NCBI RefSeq assembly: GCF_006345805.1
Contig: NC_043000.1
Span: 14,136,001-14,200,000 of the forward strand
Origin: Octopus sinensis
Taxonomy: Eukaryota
Length of the DNA: 64,000 bases
Reading direction: 5' to 3'
The notes beneath the pieces were generated by a model, which had not been told where the DNA came from, did no database searches, and worked only from the letters and a program-made list of their open reading frames with translations. Below, one piece after another: positions 39,152-49,299 of the stretch (position 1 is its first letter; every line of letters starts with the position of its first letter). The translations under genes and the position numbers were made by a program.

Positions 39152-42100
39152 ATGATATCTGGCAAATGCAAGCTTTCTTTTCAGGTACATAACACTGCTG
39201 TCCCTCATCCCAGGGTCTCAGAGGCCCACACCTCCCACACCCTCAGGGTGGGCACCCTCAACGTTGGCACATTGAAAGGTAGGTCTGGCGAGATAGTCGA
39301 GATGCTTGAACAGAGACGTGTTGATGTATGTTGTATGCAAGAAATAAGGTGGAGAGGAGGATCTGCTAGGGTCCTCACAGGCAAGGAACACAGGTACAAG
39401 ATTTTCTGGGCAGGGAACACTGACGGGGTTGGTGGCGTGGGTATACTTATCGCTGAGAAATGGATAGATAGAGTAATTGAGGTAATCAGAGTAAGTGACA
39501 GAATACTTAAGATTAGAATAGTGCTTCATAATAGATTAGCAACCATTATATCGGCCTATGCCCCTCAGCCAGGGCTACCCGATGGACAGAAAGACAGTTT
39601 CTATGACACCCCACTGCAGACCACCTCATCGACGAACGACAGGGACCTTCTCTTTGTGGCTGGTGATTTCAATGGGCATGTTGGACAACATGCTGGGGTC
39701 TTCCATGGCGTACATGGAGGCTACGGTTATGGTTCCCGCAACGAGGAGGGAACCAGGCTGCTGGAGTTCTGCGATGCGAATAGTCTTATGGTCTGCAACA
39801 CTAACTTCAGGAAACCAACAAGCCACCTGGTCACCTACCGATCGGGCCGGCATACTAGCCAAATCGACTACATCCTTGCCAGAAAAAGGGAAAGATGGCT
39901 GCTTATAAATGCCAAAACCTTCCCAGGCGAAGAATGCACCCCACAACATAGACTGGTAGTTAGTGACTTTAGGATCAGGACTAAGAGGGCGACTAGAAGA
40001 CGACCAACATGGAGAAGAAGGGTCTGGAAGCTTAAAGCCCCTGCGAATGGACAGAGATTTAGAGATATGTTACTTGAAGCCTTTGACGAAGTGGAAGGGG
40101 GTATAGCTACACATGGGGTAGAAGACAACTGGACGTTTCTGAGGGACAACCTGCTGAAAGCCGCTGACCAGATCTGTGGCTGGTGCAAAGTCCCCTTAAG
40201 ACCCAAAATAACGTGGTGGTGGAACAATATTGTTGACAGGGCTATTAGACAAAAGAAACAGGCTTGGAAGGCCTGGAAGAACGGTGGTAGCAGGGAAGGG
40301 TATCAGACTGCCAGAAGGGAAGCTAGGAGACAGGTCTATCTAGCCAGAGGGGAAGCAGATAAGAGAAAATTTGCCAATGTCCTGCGCCGTGAGGATGAAA
40401 GACTTGAGGTATTTCGTGTTGCAAGACAGTGTGTGAGAGAGAATCGTGATGTGGTAGGAGAGAAATGTGTTCGCATGGAGGATGGTTCACTTGCGCTAAA
40501 TGAGGATGCAAAGAGAGAAGCTTGGAGACGCCACTATGAAAGGTTACTGAATGAGGAAAATGAATGGGATAAAGAGAGTCTGCCGAATGTTGACCCTACA
40601 GAGGGACCAGCTATCCGAGTTGATAGTTCCGTGGTAGCTAAGGCAATTAGAAGCATGAAGACAGGGAAAGCCCCAGGCCCATCAGGAATTACTGCAGAGA
40701 TGCTCAAAATATCTGGCAGTGTCGGCTATAACCTAGTCACCCGTATAGTCAACCAGGTGATACACGAAGGAGTCATACCCAATGACTGGTGCAGCAGCAT
40801 ACTAGTCAACTGCTACAAAGGTAAAGGTGATGCCCTAGATACAAATAATTACAGAGGTATCAAGCTGTTGGATCAAGTAATGAAGGTTACGGAGAGGGTC
40901 ATAGCCCAACTAATTAGAGAGAGAGTTAGTTTAGATGAGATGCAGTTTGGGTTCGTGCCAGGGAAAAGTACCACTGATGCTATATTCCTGGTAAGGCAGC
41001 TGCAGGAGAAATACCTAGCCAAAGATAAGCCCCTGTACCTGGCTTTCGTTGACATGGAGAAAGCTTTTGATAGGGTCCCCCGATCCCTTATCTGGTGGTC
41101 AATGAGGAAACTAGGGATAGATGAATGGCTGGTGAGGACTGTGCAAGCCATGTACAGAGATGCCGTAAGTAAGGTTAGGGTTGGCAACATGTACACAGAA
41201 GAATTCAAAGTAGAGGTTGGGGTCCACCAGGGTTCAGTACTCAGCCCCCTCCTATTTATCATAGTACTCCAGGCAATTACGGAGGAATTCAAGACAGGCT
41301 GTCCCTGGGAGCTCCTCTACGCTGACGACCTTGCTCTTATTGCTGAGTCACTATCAGAACTGGAGGAGAAGTTCCAGGTGTGGAAGGAGGGTTTAGAATC
41401 AAGGGGCCTTAGAGTCAACCTAGCTAAAACCAAAGTACTAATAAGTAGAAAGGTAGACAATCCACAAATATCTTCAGGAAGATGGCCCTGCTCGATCTGT
41501 AGAAAAGGTGTAGGTAGAAACTCTATAAGATGTACCCAGTGTAAGCTATGGACACATAAGAGGTGCAGCAATGTCAAAGGTAGGCTAACTGGGAAGATAG
41601 TTTTTGTATGTGGCAGATGCTCGGGAGCATTAACCTCCGAAAATCTGCAGAAAACAACTTCCGTCACTTTCCAGGGGGAAAAACTAGAAGTAGTTGATAG
41701 CTTCCGTTATCTAGGTGACCAAGTCAGTAGTGGGGGTGGGTGCGCTGAAAGTGTAACTGCTAGAATAAGAATAGCCTGGGCAAAGTTTAGGGAGCTCTTA
41801 CCTCTGCTGGTGACTAAAGGCCTCTCGCTCAGAGTAAAAGGCAGACTGTATGATGCGTGTGTACGAACAGCCATGCTACATGGCAGCGAAACATGGGCCG
41901 TGACTGCTGAGGACATGCGTAAGCTCGTGAGGAATGAAGCCAGTATGCTCCGATGGATGTGTAATGTCAGTGTACATACTCGACAGAGCGTTAGCACCTT
42001 GAGAGAAATGTTGTACCTAAGAAGCATCAGTTGTGGTGTGCAAGAGAGACGATTGCGCTGGTATGGTCATGTGGCGAGAATGGATGAAGATAGGTGTGTG

Positions 42101-42274
42101 AGAAAGTGCCAATCCCTAGCAGTTGAGGGAACCCGTGGAAGAGGTAGACCCAGGAAAACCTGGGACGAGGTGGTGAAGCACGACCTTCGAACTTTAGGCC
42201 TCACTGAGGAAATGACCAGAGACCGAGACCTTTGGAAATATTCTGTACGTGAGAAGACCAGGCAGGACAAGTGA
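39152..42274 (+). CDS. RTE LINE ORF: APE endonuclease, reverse transcriptase and C4HC3 PHD-like finger (1040 aa, uninterrupted)
   Basis: APE motifs GTLNVGTL, CMQE, GDFNGH, QIDY and QHRLV. RT motifs FVDMEKAFD, GVHQGSVLSP and YADD. RTE-type C-terminus GRGRPRKTW. No ORF1 seen. Confidence 0.95.
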   Translation: MISGKCKLSFQVHNTAVPHPRVSEAHTSHTLRVGTLNVGTLKGRSGEIVEMLEQRRVDVCCMQEIRWRGGSARVLTGKEHRYKIFWAGNTDGVGGVGILIAEKWIDRVIEVIRVSDRILKIRIVLHNRLATIISAYAPQPGLPDGQKDSFYDTPLQTTSSTNDRDLLFVAGDFNGHVGQHAGVFHGVHGGYGYGSRNEEGTRLLEFCDANSLMVCNTNFRKPTSHLVTYRSGRHTSQIDYILARKRERWLLINAKTFPGEECTPQHRLVVSDFRIRTKRATRRRPTWRRRVWKLKAPANGQRFRDMLLEAFDEVEGGIATHGVEDNWTFLRDNLLKAADQICGWCKVPLRPKITWWWNNIVDRAIRQKKQAWKAWKNGGSREGYQTARREARRQVYLARGEADKRKFANVLRREDERLEVFRVARQCVRENRDVVGEKCVRMEDGSLALNEDAKREAWRRHYERLLNEENEWDKESLPNVDPTEGPAIRVDSSVVAKAIRSMKTGKAPGPSGITAEMLKISGSVGYNLVTRIVNQVIHEGVIPNDWCSSILVNCYKGKGDALDTNNYRGIKLLDQVMKVTERVIAQLIRERVSLDEMQFGFVPGKSTTDAIFLVRQLQEKYLAKDKPLYLAFVDMEKAFDRVPRSLIWWSMRKLGIDEWLVRTVQAMYRDAVSKVRVGNMYTEEFKVEVGVHQGSVLSPLLFIIVLQAITEEFKTGCPWELLYADDLALIAESLSELEEKFQVWKEGLESRGLRVNLAKTKVLISRKVDNPQISSGRWPCSICRKGVGRNSIRCTQCKLWTHKRCSNVKGRLTGKIVFVCGRCSGALTSENLQKTTSVTFQGEKLEVVDSFRYLGDQVSSGGGCAESVTARIRIAWAKFRELLPLLVTKGLSLRVKGRLYDACVRTAMLHGSETWAVTAEDMRKLVRNEASMLRWMCNVSVHTRQSVSTLREMLYLRSISCGVQERRLRWYGHVARMDEDRCVRKCQSLAVEGTRGRGRPRKTWDEVVKHDLRTLGLTEEMTRDRDLWKYSVREKTRQDK

Positions 42275-42357
42275 GCCCAGCCCACTTATGAATGCCTTTC
42301 CTCCCTTGGACACAAAGACCGGTTGAGGCAAGCGAAGTCGATATAGAACCTCATCCG

Positions 42358-42800
42358 ACGACAGACACCCATGCCAACCCCCCATGCTTGCGAAGACATG
42401 TTGGGGCAAGCGAAATCGAAACCGAATTGAACCAGCCAGGATCCCTGGCCTGGTGGTACGTAAAAAGCACTATCCGACTCGTGGCCGTGGCACGTAAAAT
42501 ACTCCAATGCGACCGTACGACAGGCACCCATGCCAACCCCCTTTGCTTGTGAAGACATGTTGGGGCAAGCGAAATCGAAATCGAATTGAACCAGCCAGGA
42601 TCCCTGGTCTGGTGGTACGTAAAAAGCACTATCCGACTCGTGGCCGTGGCACGTAAAATACTCCAATGCGACCGTACGACAGGCACCCATGCCAACCCCC
42701 TTTGCTTGTGAAGACATGTTGGGGCAAGCGAAATCGAAATCGAATTGAACCAGCCAGGATCCCTGGTCTGGTGGTACGTAAAAAGCACTATCCGACTCGT
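42358..42800. repeat. 159-bp tandem repeat (~2.8 copies) in the RTE 3'UTR
   Basis: CACCCATGCCAACCCC at 42366, 42525 and 42684. Confidence 0.9.
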
Positions 42801-43099
42801 GGCCGATGCCAGCACCGCCTCGACTGGCTTCCGTGCCGGTGGCACATAAAATACACCAATCTGACCGTGGCCGTTGCCAGCCCCGCCTGGCACCTGTGCA
42901 GGTGGCACGTAAAAAGCACCCACTACACTCACGGAGTGGTTGGCGTTAGGAAGGGCATCCAGCTGTAGAAACATTGCCAGATTAGACTGGAGCCTGGTGC
43001 AGCCTTCTGGCTTCCCAGAACCCCGGTCGAACCGTCCAACCCATGCTAGCATGGAGAACGGACGTTAAACGACGATGATGATATATATATATTATATAT

Positions 43100-43507
43100 G
43101 CGCAGGAGTGGCTGTGTAGTAAGTAGCTTGCTAACCAACCACATAGTTCCGGGTTCAGTCCCACTGTGTGGTATCTTGGGGAAGTGTCTTCCACTATAGC
43201 TCCAAGTCGACCAATGCCTTGTGAGTGGATTTGGTCGACGGAAACTGAAAGAAGCCTGTCGTATATATGTATATATATTTATATGTATGTGTGTTTGTGT
43301 GTCTGTGATTGTCCCCCTAGCATTGCTTGACAACCGATGCTGGTGTGTTTACGTCCCCGTCACTTAGCGGTTCGGCAAAAGAACCCAATAGAATAAGTAC
43401 TGGGCTTACAAAGAATAAGTCCCGGGGGTCGATTTGCTCGACTAAAGGCGGTGCTCCAGCATGGCCGCAGTCAAATGACTGAAACAAGTAAAAGAGTAAA
43501 GAGTAAG

Positions 43508-43510
<3 letters not shown>
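43100..43510 (+). mobile_element. SINE family A, full length
   Basis: GCGCAGGAGTGGCTGTGTAG head, B-box-like GGGTTCAGTCCC, and AAAAGAGTAAAGAGT tail. Confidence 0.9.
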
Positions 43511-43553
<43 letters not shown>

Positions 43554-43624
43554 CATATATGTATATGTATGTATGTATATTTATATATATATATACGTGT
43601 GTGTGTGTGTGTATATATATATAT

Positions 43625-44372
43625 GAGAGCTTATAGCTTTGTTGATAACTGAGGACCTCTCCCTCAGAGCAAAAGACAGATTGTATGATACCTGTGGGCG
43701 AACAGGCAGTGAAACATGGGCTATGACCACTGAGGACATGCATAGTCTTGAAAGAAATGAAGCTAGTATGCAGTGAAACATGGGCTATGACCACTGAGGA
43801 CATGCATAGTCTTGAAAGAAATGAAGCTAGTATGCTTTGCGGTATATGCAATGTCAGTGTGCATGTATGACAATGTGTAAATGTCTTGAGAGAAAAGTTG
43901 GGTATAATAGGCATCAGATATAGTGTGCAAGAGAGATGACTGCACTGGTATGGTCCTGTGTATGGACTAAGAAAACTGTGCAAACAAGTGCTGATGTCTA
44001 ACTAAGGAGGGAACCTGTGGAAGAGGTAGACCCAAGCAGACATGAGACAAGGTGGTGAAGCATGATCTTTGAACGTTGGGCCTCATAGAGGGGCTGACAT
44101 GTGACTGAAACCTTTGGCAGTATGCTGTGTTTGAAAAGACTCATCAAACCAAGTGTCACATAACTGGCACTCATGCTGGTGACACATAAAAATACCTGTG
44201 CCAGTAGAAGGCACCCTTTACACTCTTGGAATGGTTGGCGTTTGGAAGAGCATCCAGCTGTAGAAACTATGCCAAATCAGATTGGAACCTGGCGCAGCTC
44301 TTCAGCTTATCAGTCAAACTGTCTAACCCATGCCAGCATGGAAAGCAGACACTAAATGATGATGATGATGAT
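43625..44372 (+). pseudogene. Older 5'-truncated copy of the RTE family, with a 64-bp internal tandem duplication
   Basis: Decayed match to 41790-42270 (SETWAMTTEDM, ERNEASM). Duplicated unit at 43707 and 43771. Ends in a (GAT)n tail. Confidence 0.85.
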
Positions 44373-44512
44373 ATATATATATGTGTGTGTATACATATAT
44401 ATATATAAATGTATGTATATGTACACATATATGTATGTATCTATATGTGCATACAAATATATATGTGCATGTATATGTACACATACACAACACATGCACA
44501 GATGTTTGTATA

Positions 44513-44573
<61 letters not shown>

Positions 44574-44819
44574 CCAGAGTAAACACATAAATGTGAAATA
44601 AGGTGGAAAAAAGAGTACTCAAATACCAGTGGTAGAGTAATATGCTTTATTTAAAGCAGCAGAAAATTCAACAAAACCTGTTACTCTGAGTTTCACGTTC
44701 CTGTTCGTCGGACAGTTTTTGCTAGAATAACTGCTAGCAAAAACTGTCCGACGAACGGGAACGTGAAACTCAGAGTAACAGGTTTTGTTGAATTTTCTGC
44801 TGCTTTAAATAAAGCATAT
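44574..44819. mobile_element. Penelope-type LTR fragment folded back on itself (86-bp inverted repeat) with a hammerhead-like motif
   Basis: Arms 44640-44725 and 44734-44819 have 1 mismatch and an 8-nt loop. AATAAA follows the motif, and (TA)n flanks both sides. Confidence 0.75.
44739..44786 (+). ncRNA. Candidate minimal type I hammerhead ribozyme, U4C core variant
   Basis: AAAAACUGU-CCGACGA-ACG(GGAA)CGU-GAAA-CU(CAG)AG-UA^ACAGGUUUU: stems I, II and III can all form, with a GUA cleavage triplet. Confidence 0.6.
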
Positions 44820-45232
44820 ATATATATATAAATATGTACATGTATGTATGTATATATATATGTGTGTGTGTATATATATATAAACTGCACCCTGTATCTA
44901 TATATACATATGTATGTATGTATATGTGCATATAAATATATATATATGTGTGTATGTACATGAACACACACACACTCACGCACACATGTGGCAGATATTC
45001 TACAGTAACCTAATGCTTTTCTTGTTACTGTTTCCAAGTAAGGCAATATTTTCCCATGACCAGACATATTTTCACAGAAGATTGGACATAAAGGATAGTG
45101 CTTGTTGATATTATTTTACAAAGGTACTATTAGTTTACAACAGTCATGCAGGTTCAAGACAAAGAGATATTAACAAGTGCATACACACGCACACACACAC
45201 ATTCACGCACACACACACACACTCACACACAA

Positions 45233-45265
<33 letters not shown>

Positions 45266-45564
45266 AGAATAAAGGGATTCTTTCAATTTTTGTTTAACAA
45301 ATCCACTCATAATGATTTGGTTAGCTCAGGGCTGTAAAAGACACTTGTCCAAGGTGCCACACAGTGGAACTGAACCCTAGACCATGTTGTTGGAAAGGAA
45401 ATTTCTCACCTCATAGTCAAGTCTGTACAAATATTTGAACAGCTCCAGGCATATGTGGTTAAGAAGGTCACTTCCTAACCTTGTGACTTTAGACTAAGTT
45501 CCACTGTATGGGACACCTTAGCCAAGTATCTCCTACAATAGCCTTCTGGGTGGATTCAGTGATA

Positions 45565-45972
45565 TCTCTATATATATAAACGGCAGTTTGTCTGTCTGTG
45601 AGTCTTTGTGGCTGTCAGGTTGTACCCTCACCCTGACCACGGCTTTCAACCGATTCTGATGAAACTTGACACACACATAGCCCAATGTCATAATTCAAAA
45701 CTAACGCAGCGAAAATTTTGAAAAGTTCCCCCAGTTCTGAAAAAAATCGATAAATTCGACATGGGGTCGAGAATCTAAGCTTTTTATATGCAACACATTT
45801 TCTGTCGGGAGACAGCTAGGAACATCGTATACATAGAAGTATTCGAGTGAAGAGAAGACATTGCAACCTACACATGCGCCTTCGTTACCTAGAGGGAAAG
45901 AACTAGATTGGGATTAGTTGTTGCCTAATAGGGGCTCTTACATACCCGGGCAACGCCGGGCTATGCTGCTAG
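45565..45972 (+). mobile_element. Non-autonomous Helitron (family H2) retaining the last codons of RepHel
   Basis: A|TCTCTATATATATAAA ... CCCGGGCAACGCCGGG hairpin, CTAG|T. The frame at 45818-45850 reads RNIVYIEVFE*. Confidence 0.9.
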
Positions 45973-46268
45973 TAAGTAGATAAATATGTATGTGTGTGTG
46001 TGTATATTTGGTGTGGCCCCTGGTCTTGCCAGCTTCTGTCAAGCCATAAAAACCTTACCAGAATGGAAAACAGATGTTAAATGATGATGATGATGATGAT
46101 GATAACCATCCTATACAATCTTGCAAACCACCACCTCCCTCACACATCCACTCACTTCGATTCAGCTGGTGCCTTGTGCAAGTCACCTGTACACGTTACT
46201 GGCGTTATCTATGTCTTGCAGCATCTTCTGATCATTTTCCCTTTCTCTCCCCCATCACTTTGCCTACA

Positions 46269-46487
46269 CTCTCTTTACTCTTTTACTTGTTTCAGTCAGT
46301 TGACTGTGGCCATGCTGGAGCACCGCCTTTAGTCGAGCAACTCGACCCCGGGACTTTTTCTTTATAAGCCCAGTACTTATTCTATCGGTCTCTTTTACCG
46401 AACCGCTAATTGACGGGGACATAAACACACCAGCATCGGTTGTCAAACAATGCTAGGGGGACAAACACAGACACACAAACATACACG

Positions 46488-46519
<32 letters not shown>

Positions 46520-46680
46520 CATATATACGACGGGCTTCTTTTGGTTTCTGTCTACCAAATCCACTCACAAGGCTTTGGTCGGCCCGAGGCTATAGTAGAA
46601 GACATTTGCCCAGGTGCCACGCAGTGGGACTGAACCCAGAACCATGTGGTTGGGAAGCAAGCTACTTACCACACAGCCAC
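46269..46680 (-). mobile_element. SINE family A
   Basis: Near-full match to the 43100-43510 copy. Confidence 0.9.
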
Positions 46681-46976
46681 TATATGTAAGTAACCATACA
46701 GATCCCTCTGTAGGAATCTGCTCTGCCCTTCTCTCTCATAGTAATTTCCCCTCGCCCCCTACCATGAAGCTTACTCCCACCAACTCCTCCCAGGGCTCAT
46801 AGTCCTATGAACTACATGGCAACCTCTGTATTGCAGGTGGCACAAAAAAGCACCCAGTTGACACCAGGAAGGGCATCCAACTGTAAAAACATGTCAAAGC
46901 AGACATTAGAGCTTGATGCAGCCCATGGACATCTTGGATTCAGTCAAACTTTCCAACCCATATCAGCATGGAACAT

Positions 46977-47187
46977 CATCATCATCATCATCATTTAGGG
47001 TCCGTTCTCCATGCTGGCATGGGTTGGACGGTTTAACTGGGGTCTGTGAAGCCGGAAGGCTTCATCAGGCCCAGTCAGATTTGGCTGTGTTTCTACGGCT
47101 GGATGCCCTTCCTAATGCCAACCACTCCGTGAGTGTAGTGGGTGCTTTTTACGTGCCACCTGCACAGGTGCCAGACAGAGCTGGCAA
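46977..47187 (-). mobile_element. Young RTE 3' tail inserted in reverse into an older forward RTE tail (46830-47230)
   Basis: Closely matches 32565-32780. Flanked by GAACAT at 46971-46976 and 47188-47193. Confidence 0.8.
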
Positions 47188-47272
47188 GAACATAGATGTT
47201 AAATGATCAGGATGGTGATGATAATGACATATATATATGCACATGTATATACATGCATATATGTGTGTGTGT

Positions 47273-47320
<48 letters not shown>

Positions 47321-47409
47321 TCATTATCATCCTCATTATCATTTAATATCTGCCTCCCATGCTAGCATGGGTGATATATATATATATTTATATATAGTTG
47401 GAAGTTATT

Positions 47410-47580
47410 AAAAAAAAAAAAAAAACGAAGACAGGTGTGTAGACAACAAACAGATGTATTAGTTTAAAGCTCAGGGAATGAGAAAGTCTTTTACGTTTCG
47501 AGCTTACGCTCTTCAACAGAAAGAACACAGAAATAAACAGAGAGAGAAAGTAAAATGCGAGAGAAAAAAGAGAGAGAGAA
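47410..47580 (-). mobile_element. Penelope-type pseudo-LTR fragment with a hammerhead-like motif
   Basis: The minus strand reads UCUUU-CUGUUGA-A-GAGC(GUAA)GCUC-GAAACGUA^AAAGA at 47524-47487. Homologous to 35459-35646. Confidence 0.7.
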
Positions 47581-48139
47581 TATATATATATCACCCATAC
47601 TAGCATGGGAGGCAGACATTAATATACACACACACACATGCATGTGTATGTATATATATATATATATATATATGTCTTTATTCATGACTATATGTATACA
47701 TATTAGATGTACATATATTTATGCATACATATCTATCTACCTATCTATCTATCTATCTGTCTGTCTGTCTGTCTATCCAGATTGAGTAGCTGTCTGACAG
47801 ACTTTGACCTCTTTTCTTTTATATTATTCTGCACCAGCCACATTAATTATGGTTTCTACAATCAAAGAAAGCAAAGATCTTGGTTTTCTTACTTTTCTTT
47901 CCTTTATTCTCATCTCACATTTTGCATCAACCTTCTTCCCTTTGTTTTTTTGTTTTTTTTTTTCACATTTGTGTTTCATTTTTTTCATAGTCCAGTATCC
48001 TGGTTTTTAAATACATCTAACTTAAGAACAGAGCCTGAAAGATTGCTTGGTGATACATAGCATGTTTTATAAATCTGCCAATTTAAAGTAGTGTAAAAGC
48101 ATGAAACTATTAGTTGTTCTTTCATAATTGTGTATGAAT

Positions 48140-48194
<55 letters not shown>

Positions 48195-48195
<1 letters not shown>

Positions 48196-48649
48196 TCATC
48201 ATCATCATCATTGTTTAACATCTGCTTTCCATGCTAGCATGGGTTAGACGATTTGACTGAGGACTGGTGAACCAGATGGCTGCACCAGGCTCCAATTTTG
48301 ATCTGGCAGAGTTTCTATAGCTGGACACCCTTCTTAACGCCAACCACTCCGAGAGTGTAGTGAGTGCTTTTACGTGCCACCGGTACGAGGGCCAGTCAGG
48401 CAATAATGGCAACGGTCATGCTCAAATGGTGCTTTTTATGTGCCACCTGCACAGGAGCCAGTCCAGCGGCACTGGCAATAACCTTGCTCGAATGTTTTTT
48501 CACATGCCACCAGCACAAGTGCTAGTAAGGTGACGCAGGTAACTATCATACTCGAATGGTGTTTTTAACGTGCATTCAGCACAGAGGTCAGCTTGTTGCT
48601 CTGGCCCCAATCTCACTCATATGGTACTCCACTAGCACAGATGCCAGTC

Positions 48650-48695
<46 letters not shown>

Positions 48696-48910
48696 TTTGA
48701 CATGTTACTTTGATATATTTCATGTATATATATATATATATATATATATATGTAGGCACCACTAGCATGGATGCCAGTCATCGAATTTGATACAGCTAAC
48801 TGGCTTTTGTGCTGGTGGCACATAAAAAGCATCATTCGAGCGTGATTGTTACCAGCATTGCCTTACTGGCACTTGTGTCGGTAGGACATGAAAAAGACAT
48901 TCAAGCGAGG
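48195..48910. mobile_element. Decayed RTE 3'UTR (reverse, 48195-48650) plus an inverted partial copy (48755-48910)
   Basis: (CAT)n tail, CCATGCTAGCATGG, and repeated TTTTTACGTGCCACC-type units. Confidence 0.7.
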
Positions 48911-49299
48911 TTGTTGCAGCCATCTACCAAATTCACTCACAAGGTTTTGGCTTGCCCAAGGCTATAGTAGAAGACATTTGTCTAAGTTGCTGCACAGAGG
49001 ACTGAACCTTGAACCATGTGGTTGGAAAATATGTATATATATATATTAGGTATGTAATGTATGTATATGAATATATATATACATATGTATAAATATATGT
49101 CTGTGTGTGTATTTACATATATATATCCTTAGATACTTCAATAAATTTTGACCAGAATTGGCTCAGGTCATGACTAACTTAATAGCACCATCTGAAACAG
49201 ACTTTTAACAATGTTTCATATTACAGTTATACTTTTGGTACAAAGCCATTTGTGTAAAGAATTATTATTTCTAGAGATATGTCAGGGTATAGCTGATTT

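Larger units (their letters stand above)
37805..43080 (+). mobile_element. Apparently full-length RTE-clade LINE
   Basis: Intact APE-RT ORF, 3'UTR ending in a (GAT)n tail at ~43080, and a 5' tandem array. Candidate low-complexity TSD ATATATATATATTATATAT at 37786-37804 and 43081-43099. The 5' boundary is uncertain (37805 versus ~39000). Confidence 0.8.

Noticed and set aside
42286-43052. Antisense ORFs of 143 and 233 aa in the RTE 3'UTR
   Set aside because: Open because the 159-bp unit is a multiple of 3; no other coding evidence.
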